Shown here: positions 1 to 9,393 of the stretch, in pieces
How positions within the stretch are numbered: the stretch's first letter is position 1
How the letters are laid out: each line of letters begins with the position of its first letter
NCBI GenBank assembly: GCA_903856085.1
Contig: CAIOAT010000029.1
Span: forward strand, 3,507 to 67,506
Source of the DNA: Candidatus Omnitrophota bacterium
GTDB lineage: Bacteria > Omnitrophota > Omnitrophia > Omnitrophales > Aquincolibacteriaceae
Direction of reading: 5' to 3'
Length of the DNA stretch: 64,000 nucleotides
The notes under the pieces: generated by a model
The model's input: only the letters and a program-made list of their open reading frames with translations
Told to the model about the DNA's origin: nothing
Databases searched by the model: none
Program-made: the position numbers and the translations under genes

Positions 1-1
1 C

Positions 2-418
2 CCGGACAATAAGATCGTAGGCCTCATTCTCGCCCCGCAGGACTCTGTGATCGTTCGTGATGTTTAAGACAGATAATCCCTTCGGATCCACCTCTTCCAG
101 CCTCTTTACTTTAACCGGCTGCCGAGCATTATCTATTTTTAAAAAGATACCCTTTAGATTTATATACTTGCTCCAGGGAACATCGAGCCTTCTTCCAAAA
201 TTATGCCCAGGGCTTAGCATGGGCCGGGAAACCAGAAGGGTCCTGCGCAGAAAGAAGGCCTCCTGGGCGTGCAATCCGAGCGCCCATTTCAAATGGTTCA
301 TCCCGAACATGTTGGTCGCTTTCACATATAAATATTTTTCGCAACCGCTTTCAGGCAACTTTTGCGCGGCTCGAAAATCTTCGGGGGAATATGCGCCGTC
401 TTTTGCATCAGAATTCAT
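2..418 (-). CDS. Hypothetical protein, partial. The start codon is at 418 on the minus strand and the gene runs off the window edge.
   Basis: My own reverse-complement translation gives an uninterrupted frame from ATG at 418-416 to position 2 (MNSDAKDGAYSPEDFRAAQKLPESGCEKYLYVKATNMFGMNHLKWALGLHAQEAFF...). It reads like protein and has the same orientation as the upstream operon. The plus-strand ORF 57..422 in the track is low-complexity and is probably its antisense shadow. Confidence 0.4.
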   Translation of the reverse strand, partial: MNSDAKDGAYSPEDFRAAQKLPESGCEKYLYVKATNMFGMNHLKWALGLHAQEAFFLRRTLLVSRPMLSPGHNFGRRLDVPWSKYINLKGIFLKIDNARQPVKVKRLEEVDPKGLSVLNITNDHRVLRGENEAYDLIVR

Positions 419-640
419 TTAGATTACCCCGCTTCGTCCCAATCACCCCAGCCTCGTTTCTTTCTGGCACGATAAAGAAAGTAATAGCCTCAACGCCTGC
501 TCCATCTGTCTTAATACCGCCTCGCTCAAGATCAGGATAATGATCCAGATGTTGCTGCCGAACATTCCCGGCCAAGACGCAGCGAACAACTCTTCGTAGA
601 AAAACCGTTATAGCGCTACAACCGACAGATATCTTTCGAC
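409..640 (-). pseudogene. Degenerate orphan copy of the 'YPDL...GI.T...HY..G..EGR' C-terminal module, with no start codon.
   Basis: The minus-strand frame translates as ...RQQHLDHYPDLERGGIKTDGAGVEAITFFIVPERNEAGVIGTKRGNLNEF* with no upstream ATG. The DNA at about 500-590 aligns at roughly 75% identity to 1510-1600, which encodes the intact module at the C-terminus of the 693-aa glycosyltransferase. Confidence 0.45.
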
Positions 641-1345
641 ATAATGAAGGCGTTCGGGAAACTCGCTTTTAATATATTCTCTCCAACCCGGAAGAACTTT
701 TGGATCGCATTGGCGCTTGTGAAAGTGGGGATCTTCCCCGCTCACCGAACCTGACCATTCACGCCCGCGGGCCGTTCTGCTTAGTTGAACAAGGCTGTCA
801 TATTGTCGCATAAACAAACCGACTCTTCTCAGCGAGATCCCCAGAAACTTTAAAAGCCTTTCGATCTCGTCTTGGGGAGTCGCCAGCAGGTCTTCGTAAT
901 AAACAAGGTGCTTCTTGCCCCCGTAATCATGAAATTTCTGAACCAATAACATGTAATGGTTAAGATCCTGTTTAAGCACCTTTCCTTTATGCCTGGTGAT
1001 GCATTCGAAGGGATCCCTTAATATCAAGATCAACCGCACCGCCTGCCCCCGGCGCTTTACTTGAGAATCAAAATATTCGCAGTAATGGCCCTTTCTGAGG
1101 ATCGGCATTTTGAAAGCTGCGACATGGCTCAAGGGGTTTTTGGTCGAAGAGAACTGGTTCTTGTGGATCGGCGCATCTCTTAAATTACCCTTAACCCCCA
1201 GCGTGGGTCTCCCCGAAAACCATTCGACAATAAATCGGACCCAATGATTCCCGCTCCTGGGATAGGAAATGAGAAATGTCTCTGTGTGCTCATAAACCCA
1301 TTCGTTAAGAAGGCCCTTCAGTTTTGGCACAATACCGCTTATCAT
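608..1345 (-). CDS. PAPS-dependent sulfotransferase
   Basis: A 5'-phosphosulfate-binding-type loop, SYPRSGNHW, is near the N-terminus. A 3'-phosphate-binding-type region, ILILRDPFECITRH, follows. It is the last complete gene of the cysD-cysNC operon. Confidence 0.72.
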   Translation of the reverse strand: MISGIVPKLKGLLNEWVYEHTETFLISYPRSGNHWVRFIVEWFSGRPTLGVKGNLRDAPIHKNQFSSTKNPLSHVAAFKMPILRKGHYCEYFDSQVKRRGQAVRLILILRDPFECITRHKGKVLKQDLNHYMLLVQKFHDYGGKKHLVYYEDLLATPQDEIERLLKFLGISLRRVGLFMRQYDSLVQLSRTARGREWSGSVSGEDPHFHKRQCDPKVLPGWREYIKSEFPERLHYVERYLSVVAL

Positions 1346-1426
1346 AAACCCCTCTCAGACCTCCCGCTGCTTCCTTTGCCAGCGAAAAGGCCTTCCGACG
1401 AATAAAAGTCGCCCTTGCGCCAGAGC

Positions 1427-3508
1427 TCATCCGGATGACCGCTCTCCGTCCAAACTCCCCCAGACCCGTCCCTCTCGGGCGCCAGAAAAAAAATAATGCC
1501 TAAACGCCTGGTTCTGTGTCTGAATACCGCCGCGCACAAGATCGGGATAACGATCGATATACTGCTGCCAGGCATTTTCATCCAAGGCCCGGGGCATAAC
1601 AATCTGTGGGTAGGCCTCACTGAATTTTTCTTTGAGGTCCAGGATCAAAGCGCGTCGTTTTTTATCATCTTCGGCTCCCATTTCCCGGGAGGCAAATTCG
1701 ACGAGATGATAAAACGCTAGATTTAGTTTTGCTTTTTGGTTTGGATGTTGATTTATGCTTAAGGAAACCCCCCAAAAGAACAACTCCCGTAGTTCTGGAT
1801 ATTTCTTCAAGAAGGGACGCATTTGACGAAATATGTTCTTCACGGGATTCGTAACCAGAAGCATGCTTTTCTCCGTTTTACGGTAATAGACCAATTCCTT
1901 GGGGACCAGCTCGACCCTGTATCCTTGCAAAAGAAACGTATTGAAAAGTTCAATGTCCTCATGCCCAAGACCATGATCCTCCGTGAACCCTCCGGCTTTA
2001 AGAAGCGACGATTTTTTCACGAGACAATTCGCATCCCCGACAAAATTATGTAAAACTCCAAGGCTGACAGGACCTCCCAGGGGGGAGTGCATGTTCCCGA
2101 CAAATCGAATAACGTTCCTCGTGATGTCCTGGAAAAACTTTAGTTGACAGACGTAGGCATCCGCCTGCGTTCTCGCGGCCGCCTGCTGAAAATCCGCGAT
2201 GCAGGTATCGGCCATGACGTTGTCATCGTCCAAAAACAAAAGGTATGGATTTTGGCTGCGCCGGCTTTCATAGTTGCGGGCAGCACCGAGATAGCCGTGG
2301 GTTTTATAGAATATTTTCCACCGTCTTTTCTTGAACTCCGGCTCCAGAGATTTCAGATAAGCCAGCGAATCGGGTTCACAACTTCCATCGTCGCAGAGAA
2401 TGACCTCGAAGTTTTTTGGGGCCTGGCGGTATAAAGACTCCACGGCATCTTTTAACATGAGACCGCGATTATAGTGCGTCAGACAGACCGAAACGGCTGG
2501 CAATGACTTAACCTTCACTGAGGTCCGGACTGGCGTGTCGCGCAAAAGGTCCGCCCAGGAACTCCCCGACCCAATATCATGCTTGGTGTGCTGGAAAGCG
2601 ATCGTGTTGCGGGTCAGAATTTCTTTCAGAGCCATCTCCAATATCACGGGATTGTTCAGCGCCGTGAGACGCTTCCACCGATTCTTCCCCAAATGTTCCC
2701 AGTCGCTAAAGTGGGGTATTTTTTTTCGAACCAAGACCGCTTGCTCAAACGGAAATTCTGATGAGCGGTTGAGGCAAATGAGCACCCCCCCCTTTACGGA
2801 CGCCTGGCGTTTCGCGCAGGCTAAAAAGGTCGTTTGCTCCTTGACCAGGATCTCGCGAAACTTCTTCTTTTCTCTCAGAATTCTCACCATTCTTTGCAGC
2901 GACCGCGGTAGCGGGGCCGGTGCGCCAAACATCAGCCTTAACGAGAGGTTGTGCGTTAAATCGTCGTCCATCTGCCCAAGCACGGCCAGAATGGAAGAAA
3001 CGCCGTACGAATTATCATAATGCCCCCACACGCCAAGCTCAGACAGCTTCTCAGGGTTATTTTTATTTGACGGCAGAACCGGGCACTGCCCGGAGGGGTC
3101 GATAATGACGGGACGGCTCTTGCGTAAACCGACAGCCCCTGCAAACATGGGCGTTACAAGAAAATCGGCTTGCGCTCTTGAGCGTTCCTCCATAAACAAT
3201 GATGCGGCCTCATGAACCGAGGTTAAAAGGGTGCCCTCACCTTGAAATTCATCAATGCGATCGACCAGCCCCAACACGATGATCTGTGTATCCTGAAAAT
3301 GCAGCCCGACCCGTTTGGCCTGAATGGCGATATCCCCCAGTCCGGTCAGATCCGCAAAAATAAGATGCGAGTATTTGCGGGTTTTGAGAAACTCGAAAAC
3401 TGCATAACTTTTATCCTGGGCAAACGCAGAGTGAGGGGCCGGCGACACAAAGACTTGCTTAAGCTTGTCCCCGAACAGGCCCGGAGGGACTTCCCCGAAG
3501 GTGACCAA
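1427..3508 (-). CDS. Large two-domain glycosyltransferase with a family-2 GT domain in the C-terminal half, a possible GT-B-like N-terminal half, and a C-terminal ~40-aa YPDL/HY..G..EGR module.
   Basis: The GT2 signature is SVCLTHYNRGLMLKDAVESLYRQAPKNFEVILCDDGS followed by a DxD-type LFLDDDN. The N-terminal ~330 aa are unassigned. The C-terminus, NAWQQYIDRYPDLVRGGIQTQNQAFRHYFFSGAREGRVWG, matches the C-terminus of the 3746..4735 protein. Confidence 0.7.
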   Translation of the reverse strand: MVTFGEVPPGLFGDKLKQVFVSPAPHSAFAQDKSYAVFEFLKTRKYSHLIFADLTGLGDIAIQAKRVGLHFQDTQIIVLGLVDRIDEFQGEGTLLTSVHEAASLFMEERSRAQADFLVTPMFAGAVGLRKSRPVIIDPSGQCPVLPSNKNNPEKLSELGVWGHYDNSYGVSSILAVLGQMDDDLTHNLSLRLMFGAPAPLPRSLQRMVRILREKKKFREILVKEQTTFLACAKRQASVKGGVLICLNRSSEFPFEQAVLVRKKIPHFSDWEHLGKNRWKRLTALNNPVILEMALKEILTRNTIAFQHTKHDIGSGSSWADLLRDTPVRTSVKVKSLPAVSVCLTHYNRGLMLKDAVESLYRQAPKNFEVILCDDGSCEPDSLAYLKSLEPEFKKRRWKIFYKTHGYLGAARNYESRRSQNPYLLFLDDDNVMADTCIADFQQAAARTQADAYVCQLKFFQDITRNVIRFVGNMHSPLGGPVSLGVLHNFVGDANCLVKKSSLLKAGGFTEDHGLGHEDIELFNTFLLQGYRVELVPKELVYYRKTEKSMLLVTNPVKNIFRQMRPFLKKYPELRELFFWGVSLSINQHPNQKAKLNLAFYHLVEFASREMGAEDDKKRRALILDLKEKFSEAYPQIVMPRALDENAWQQYIDRYPDLVRGGIQTQNQAFRHYFFSGAREGRVWGSLDGERSSG

Positions 3509-3745
3509 ATCTATCTCATGCCCAAGGGATTGCAGGGAATTCGCGTACGCACAAAAAAGAAGACCCCTGCGGTGGCTCTCCCAACCCGTACCTTCAAAAG
3601 GACAAATGACCGCCAGCTTCAGAAATGCTCCTTCGTTCTTTTATGCCCGATCAGTGTATGAGGGAAAATCTCATGGCGCCCGATTCTAAAACTGTTCTTT
3701 CCCCGCCGAAGCACCTCCTGGGCGCCTCTTGCTAGAAGCGGCTGA

Positions 3746-4735
3746 TCAATAATTTATTCTCCGCCCTTCCTTTTTACCATGTGTTAAGTAATGCTTCCAG
3801 GCTTTTTCTCTCGTATTGATCCCTGCTTTTATCAGATCAGGATATTCCCTGACATAAAATTCCCAATCAAAATCCACCGTCGCCGAAGGTCTCTCTCCCT
3901 CCGCATTGCCTCCCTTTTTCATCCGAGGCGAAAAGAAAAAATTAATCCCCGGAAGACTCTTGAAGCAATGCCGCGCCCTTTGCCAAATCTGGTAACAGGG
4001 GTTTTCATGCCGAGAACAGTAAAGGCAAAAAAGCCAATAGGCAACGCGGTTCCGCTCAAGCCGGATGTATTCCCGAACCAAGGCTTCCTTTTGTTCATCG
4101 GACTGTTTTTGCAAAGCGGTCGTCATCCTGACCAAGCCATCCCTGGGGACAGAAAGAAAATCGAGCACGCGCCCTACCTCCCGCTCCCGGTCAGAAACAA
4201 GATCCTCAAAATAGACTTCGAGATAGTTCCGCCCGTCAGCTTTGAGAATTTTTTTCCAGTTGGCTTCCTCGCGCCTCAGCATGGTAATATCCCGAAAAAT
4301 ATCCTCTTTCTTGATAGAAGATGCCTTTTTCTTCGGAGCCCTGCCGCTGGTGTTCAGCCACTCTGTGGTTTCTTTGGCTCTTGCAAAAGAGACCGCCTGT
4401 CGAACTTTGTCCCGCCTCAGAACCAATATGATCCCCGCATTTTCGGAAAAAAAACGGAACGCCTCCTGGACTGACGTCAGACGACTGTCTGCACGTTTTG
4501 ACTGAACAAGTTCTTTGAGATGTCCATAGTGGACCTTGAAACCTAACGGTTTTTCTCTTGGAGATTGCAATGCCGCGAGCAGGGGGGCGGGCGAACGATT
4601 GTTCTGCAAAGGCTCGTAATGGCCAAGATCCGTTTGAAAAAGGGTGACGGCGCCAGTGCTCTCAAGCAGGCTGCATAATAGCGTGCTCCCCGTCCTGCCG
4701 GATGAGCAAACAATAAAACGATCGTATTTCTTCAT
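3746..4735 (-). CDS. Sulfotransferase (Stf0-like P-loop type) carrying the C-terminal YPDL/HY..G..EGR module.
   Basis: The N-terminus has IVCSSGRTGSTLLCSLLESTG, a PAPS 5'-PSB loop. ILVLRRDKVRQAVS looks like a 3'-phosphate-binding motif. The C-terminus is FDWEFYVREYPDLIKAGINTREKAWKHYLTHGKKEGRRINY. Confidence 0.68.
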   Translation of the reverse strand: MKKYDRFIVCSSGRTGSTLLCSLLESTGAVTLFQTDLGHYEPLQNNRSPAPLLAALQSPREKPLGFKVHYGHLKELVQSKRADSRLTSVQEAFRFFSENAGIILVLRRDKVRQAVSFARAKETTEWLNTSGRAPKKKASSIKKEDIFRDITMLRREEANWKKILKADGRNYLEVYFEDLVSDREREVGRVLDFLSVPRDGLVRMTTALQKQSDEQKEALVREYIRLERNRVAYWLFCLYCSRHENPCYQIWQRARHCFKSLPGINFFFSPRMKKGGNAEGERPSATVDFDWEFYVREYPDLIKAGINTREKAWKHYLTHGKKEGRRINY

Positions 4736-4871
4736 ATCATCTATCCGGAATTCCTTTGAAATAAAAACATCGAATCGCTAATACAGCCCACTCCAAGATT
4801 CGTTGGCTCACAGGGATCTTCGGCAGCCCTTCCTTCGCCAGAATACTTCCAGGCGCCGTTTTGCTGCCGCC

Positions 4872-6800
4872 TCATCCCCGAATTAAAAAACCCTGCTCCC
4901 TCAAATGCCGGAGGATCCTCTCCGCTAAAAGATCCACGCTTTCTTCGCCCGTCTTGAGATGGATCGCAGGGACTTCGGGTGCCTCATAAGGAGCATTCAC
5001 GCCGGTAAACTCCGGGATCAATCCGGCCCTGGCCTTTTCGTAAAGTCCCTTGGGATCCCGTTTCTCACAGATCTCAATCGGCGCGTCGGTATAGATCTCA
5101 AGGAAACTGTCTTTTCCGATGATATTCCTCGCTTGCTCCCGGTCTTCCCGGTAGGGCGAAATAAAAGCCGTGATCACGAACACGCCCGCTTCGTTGAAAA
5201 GATGGGCAACCTCGGCAACGCGCCGGATATTCTCACTCCGGTCCCCAGGAGAAAACCCGAGGTCCCGGTTCAGGCCGTGACGGACATTGTCTCCGTCGAG
5301 GACATAACACAAATGACCTTCTGCCATGAGTCTTTTTTCGAGTTCAAACGCGATCGAAGATTTTCCCGAACCGCTCAGGCCCGTCAGCCATAGAGTGGCT
5401 GGCTTTTGCCGCAAGAGCTTTTCTCGGTCCTTGCTTGAGACCGTCCCCTCTTGCCGGTGGATGAAGGAACTTTTCACTTCTCCTTTTTCGTCCGGTTTTA
5501 CCATGGCCGGCAAACGTCCCCGCTCGATGATCATGCCTGCCGCCACCGTCCCATGCGTCATGGGATCGATCATAATAAAGCTCCCGGTTTGCCGGTTCTT
5601 CGTGTACTCGTCGCAGAAAATCTCCCGGTAAAGCTGCATGGTCACGCGTCCGATCTCATTGAGCTTTAATTTCGAAGTTTTTTCGCGACTCAAACTTTCC
5701 GGATTGATCCGGAAATGAAGGCGGGTAACCGTCCCTTTCACAAGCTGGGTCGTGTGCTTGATAAGGTAGAGTTTTCCGGGCTTCATGACTTCGTGATCCA
5801 TCCAGACAAGAATGGCATCGATCTCTCGGCGAATCCCGGGAAGATTGGCCGGATGAACGAGCATATCTCCGCGGGTGATATCGATCTCATCTTCCAGCGT
5901 CACCGTGACCGCCTGCGACGAAAACGCATAAGAAGTCTCGCCTTCTTCCGTCAGGATGGTTTTGACCTTGGTCTTCCGCTGCGAAGGAAGCACGAGGATG
6001 GGATCTCCCCTCCGAATGATGCCCGAGACCACACAACCGCAATAGCCGCGGAATTCCCTGTCGGGACGGAGCGCGTACTGGACCGGAAGCCTAAGATCGA
6101 TCAGATTTCGGTCGCTCAATATTCTGACGTTCTCAAGAAAATTCAAAAGCGAGGGGCCTTCGTACCACGGCATGCGCCCGCTTCGCTGAACCACATTGTC
6201 CCCCATAAGCGCACTGATCGGAATATAGGTCAGATCCGGCACACTGAGCTTTTCCACAAAGCTTTCTAGATCATCCTGAATCTTCCGGAAAACCTCTTCG
6301 GAATAATTCACAAGGTCCATTTTATTGATCGCGAAAACCATGTGACGGATGCCCAGGAGCGACGAAATAAATGTGTGCCGCCTGGACTGGACTAGGACCC
6401 CTTGCCGGGCGTCGATCAAAATAATGGCCAGATCGGCCGTTGAAGCTCCCGTCGCCATATTCCGCGTGTATTGCTCATGCCCCGGTGTGTCCGCAATAAT
6501 AAAATGCCTTTTGGGAGTTGAGAGATGGCGGTAGGCCACGTCGATCGTGATCCCCTGCTCTCGTTCGGCCTTCAGGCCGTCCATCACAAGCGACAGATCC
6601 AGTTCCTCGCGCTTGAATTTTTGGGAGTCTTTGCGAACCGCAGCAAGCTGGTCCTCATAAAGACCGTTCGCTTCATAGAGCAATCGTCCGATCAGGGTGG
6701 ATTTTCCGTCATCGACGCTGCCAGCGGTCGTAAATCGGAGAAGGTCCGCTTCCTGGTTCTGCTTGAGAAAGGTTTCGATGGCAGGCCGGTTCGCGTCCAT
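4872..6800 (-). CDS. cysNC: Bifunctional sulfate adenylyltransferase subunit 1 / adenylylsulfate kinase (CysN-CysC fusion, NodQ-like).
   Basis: The N-terminal GTPase G1 motif is GSVDDGKSTLIGRLL. The C-terminal APS-kinase P-loop is WLTGLSGSGKSSIA. The gene is 642 aa, and its ATG overlaps the cysD stop in an ATGA arrangement at 6800. Confidence 0.93.
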   Translation of the reverse strand: MDANRPAIETFLKQNQEADLLRFTTAGSVDDGKSTLIGRLLYEANGLYEDQLAAVRKDSQKFKREELDLSLVMDGLKAEREQGITIDVAYRHLSTPKRHFIIADTPGHEQYTRNMATGASTADLAIILIDARQGVLVQSRRHTFISSLLGIRHMVFAINKMDLVNYSEEVFRKIQDDLESFVEKLSVPDLTYIPISALMGDNVVQRSGRMPWYEGPSLLNFLENVRILSDRNLIDLRLPVQYALRPDREFRGYCGCVVSGIIRRGDPILVLPSQRKTKVKTILTEEGETSYAFSSQAVTVTLEDEIDITRGDMLVHPANLPGIRREIDAILVWMDHEVMKPGKLYLIKHTTQLVKGTVTRLHFRINPESLSREKTSKLKLNEIGRVTMQLYREIFCDEYTKNRQTGSFIMIDPMTHGTVAAGMIIERGRLPAMVKPDEKGEVKSSFIHRQEGTVSSKDREKLLRQKPATLWLTGLSGSGKSSIAFELEKRLMAEGHLCYVLDGDNVRHGLNRDLGFSPGDRSENIRRVAEVAHLFNEAGVFVITAFISPYREDREQARNIIGKDSFLEIYTDAPIEICEKRDPKGLYEKARAGLIPEFTGVNAPYEAPEVPAIHLKTGEESVDLLAERILRHLREQGFLIRG

Positions 6801-7705
6801 CAGAAATATCCCTCCCTTTTTTTCTTTTCCATGGAGGAGTCCTGGTCATGGTCGATCAAGCGCGTGATGCGTTCCGAATTCGTGACGGTCATAACCTCTT
6901 CAATGATCTCGGGAACGGTGGCCGCCTTGGAAAGCACGGCGCCGGTACAGGGATAACAGCCGAGCGTCCGGAACCGGCACATGATTTTTTGAGGCTTCTC
7001 ATCTTCTTTAAGGGGAATCGGGCCTTCGAGCGGAATAAGGCATCCCCCACGGACGATCATCTCGCGCTCCTTGGCGAAATACATAGGAACGACTGGTATT
7101 TTTTCAAGATGGATATAGTGCCAAACGTCGAGCTCGGACCAATTGGAAAGCGGAAACACGCGGATGCTTTCGTTTGGATTGATCAGGGTGTTGTAAAGAT
7201 TCCAAATCTCGGGGCGCTGGTTCTTGGGATCCCATTGACCGAATTCGTCGCGAAAAGAAAAGATGCGCTCCTTAGCTCTGGATTTTTCTTCGTCGCGCCG
7301 CGCCCCGCCGAATGCCGCATCATAACCGCCTTCTTTCAGGGCTCGCAGTAACGCCTGCGTCTTCAGAAGCGCGCAACATTTGACCGTGCCAAGCTCCCAA
7401 GGATTTGTCCCCCGGGACAGGGCTTCCCGAAACGAGTAAACCTTGAGCTCCGCGCCGATCTCTTTTGCGTAGCGGTCGCGAAATTCATACATTTCACGGA
7501 ATTTCATTCCGGTATCAACATGGAGGAGCGGGAACGGTATCTTGCCGGGATAAAAGGCTTTCTGCGCCAGGCGGACCATCACCGAGGAATCTTTGCCGAC
7601 AGAATAAAGCATCACAGGCTTTTCAAACGCGGCCATGACCTCGCGAATGATGTAAATGCTTTCGGCTTCGAGAAGTTTCAGCTTGCTAAGTCTATAGCTT
7701 TCCAC
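6800..7705 (-). CDS. cysD: Sulfate adenylyltransferase subunit 2
   Basis: It carries the PP-loop motif [11 protein letters not shown] of the PAPS-reductase-like fold. It is 301 aa and translationally coupled to cysNC. Confidence 0.93.
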   Translation of the reverse strand: MESYRLSKLKLLEAESIYIIREVMAAFEKPVMLYSVGKDSSVMVRLAQKAFYPGKIPFPLLHVDTGMKFREMYEFRDRYAKEIGAELKVYSFREALSRGTNPWELGTVKCCALLKTQALLRALKEGGYDAAFGGARRDEEKSRAKERIFSFRDEFGQWDPKNQRPEIWNLYNTLINPNESIRVFPLSNWSELDVWHYIHLEKIPVVPMYFAKEREMIVRGGCLIPLEGPIPLKEDEKPQKIMCRFRTLGCYPCTGAVLSKAATVPEIIEEVMTVTNSERITRLIDHDQDSSMEKKKREGYF

Positions 7706-7842
7706 GATTCTTTTTTGTCCGCTTTCACTCCCGCCGACACAGCGACGAAGAGCTGGGGTCCATTAAAAGTTTTTCCGCGTTTGGGGGAAGGTGGTCAGAA
7801 CCGTCACGCTTTCTGCATTGTTTTTTTTCGAGATGCAAATTA

Positions 7843-7936
7843 TGGCGGAGGGGGGGGGATTTGAACCCCCGGTGACGCTTTCGCGCCACATCGGTTTAGC
7901 AAACCGACGCACTAAGCCGGGCTATGCGACCCCTCC
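7843..7936 (-). tRNA. tRNA-Ser (anticodon GCU), class II with a long variable arm and encoded CCA.
   Basis: The minus strand reads GGAGGGGTCGCATAGCCCGGCTTAGTGCGTCGGTTTGCTAAACCGATGTGGCGCGAAAGCGTCACCGGGGGTTCAAATCCCCCCCCCTCCGCCA. The acceptor pairs GGAGGGG with CCCCTCC. The anticodon arm is TCGGT / loop TTGCTAA / ACCGA, giving anticodon GCT. The T-loop is GGGGG TTCAAAT CCCCC, followed by discriminator G and CCA. Confidence 0.85.
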
Positions 7937-8323
7937 GCGAATCAACCCATAGACAGCAAACTACGGGCTTAAAACAGTAGACAAAAAATCGAAACTCTTG
8001 CGGCGGGACTACGCGCCGCTAAAAAAATCTCTGCCCTTTCATCGCCAAACCGAGACATAATATAACATGATAACGAGAAAGCAGAGATAAAATGGTTCGA
8101 ATTTTTGACCTTTTTGCCTGCCTTTTAGCCTCGCAACTTGTCGCAGTCCGTCCAAATTAAGCTATGGGCCTGGCCCGTGCGGTTCTCGTTTCATTTTCCG
8201 CGCCTGCTCATTACACGCAAAGATTCCGCTTTTTCCCGCTCCCGAAACAACACCTCTTTCGTCAAAATAGCCTCGCGAGGATAAAGACCTCCAGGACATT
8301 TCTTCTAAGCCGGTATCCCGCGC

Positions 8324-9130
8324 CTAAAGACTAAGCCGTTTAGTTAATAGCGGTACGAATCGCTGGATGGTCACATCGACCTCATCATTCCGATCGAGAT
8401 TTTTAAAGAACTGCTTCGGCCTGAGGGCTTTAACGGTTGCCCTTCCACGCAAACGCTTCCTTTCGCTTTCCTGAAGAGATTTCACAATATAGTGATTGAT
8501 GCGCAACTTCGCCGCCTTGGGCGACACCACGGCCCCGAATAAATTTTTCCGTGTCGGCGAAATAAAATTCTTGTCCTCATCGACAGGGCAGGCCTCCCCC
8601 TGATAGAAAAAAGCATGCGCATTGGCACATCCCAGAGCTGAGGATGTGTGAAGGATTGTTTTAATGTGGGAGTTAATCATGAATTCCAGCGGAGCTCGGC
8701 GGGTAAAGTTCTTGATCACAAGACCCCCGGGGTTCCTCGCATGGCCAGAGCTGCCGAAGATCAGCCAGTTGACAACGACGCCACAGAACGCCTCGTAGTC
8801 TCGCAAGACGTGGCAAAGACTATCCTGTTCGGTTCCAAAAAGAAATTCGTCTAAATCGATGAAAGCGATCCAGTGCGCTGCCGCGGAAAAATGTTTGAGA
8901 CAGTGGTTATAGGCCTGCACTTGGCCGGGGTGGATCGGCCAATCCACGAGCACCACTTCCCCCTTCTTCAGATAAGGACCCAATACTTCGCGGGTGTTGT
9001 CACGACTACCATTGTCATAAAGGTAAAAACGCCCAACACCGACGATCTTGTGAAACTCGATCCATTCCCGAAGATACGGCCCTTCATCCTTTATGGTGGC
9101 ACAAATTGCCAAGTAGTCGCGCTTTTCCAT
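8324..9130 (-). CDS. Glycosyltransferase, GT92/DUF23-like
   Basis: The N-terminus LAICATIKDEGPYLREWIEFHKIVGVGRFYLYDNGSRDNT fits the GT92 / Glyco_transf_92 pattern. The rest shows GT-A-fold features. Confidence 0.58.
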   Translation of the reverse strand: MEKRDYLAICATIKDEGPYLREWIEFHKIVGVGRFYLYDNGSRDNTREVLGPYLKKGEVVLVDWPIHPGQVQAYNHCLKHFSAAAHWIAFIDLDEFLFGTEQDSLCHVLRDYEAFCGVVVNWLIFGSSGHARNPGGLVIKNFTRRAPLEFMINSHIKTILHTSSALGCANAHAFFYQGEACPVDEDKNFISPTRKNLFGAVVSPKAAKLRINHYIVKSLQESERKRLRGRATVKALRPKQFFKNLDRNDEVDVTIQRFVPLLTKRLSL

Positions 9131-9150
9131 TCTCTTGTGCCCTTAGTCGG

Positions 9151-9369
9151 CTAAATTTTCGCCTCATGTAAGATTCTTTGCTTGGGATAACGCGCGATCG
9201 TTCTTTGCAAGCGCTGAAAGATCTCCGCAAGGGGTTCAATCAAGAGAACATTGAGATCATGACGCGCGTAGATATCAGCCTCTTGCCCGCGTTTGGCGCC
9301 ACCATGAATAGCGCCTCGGATGTCTGATAGAAAATTGTCCAGCCTTCCCCAAAAAAATCTCACCCCCAT
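9151..9369 (-). CDS. Small hypothetical ORF of 72 aa between two GT genes, possibly a gene fragment.
   Basis: The frame is open with no recognisable motif. It is tightly spaced, 20-24 nt, from both neighbours. Confidence 0.25.
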   Translation of the reverse strand: MGVRFFWGRLDNFLSDIRGAIHGGAKRGQEADIYARHDLNVLLIEPLAEIFQRLQRTIARYPKQRILHEAKI

Positions 9370-9393
9370 GAACCCATCACTCCTCGGTCAGCC

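Noticed and set aside
57-422. Plus-strand 121-aa ORF at the window start
   Set aside because: The sequence is low-complexity, hydrophobic and Ser-rich. The same DNA has a protein-like open frame on the minus strand (418 to 2) that is co-oriented with the upstream operon. I treat it as an antisense shadow.
5326-6956. Several plus-strand ORFs of 60-184 aa (5326..5631, 5451..5669, 5715..6269, 6525..6956)
   Set aside because: All are antisense to the strongly supported cysNC gene and carry no motifs.
7843-7938. Possible tRNA-Sec, suggested by the long variable arm and a run of 9 C's that allows an 8-9 bp acceptor
   Set aside because: The anticodon loop TTGCTAA gives GCU (Ser). With the 5' end at GGAGGGG, the structure is a normal 7-bp acceptor, a 5-bp T-stem, discriminator G and CCA. 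This is a class II tRNA-Ser.
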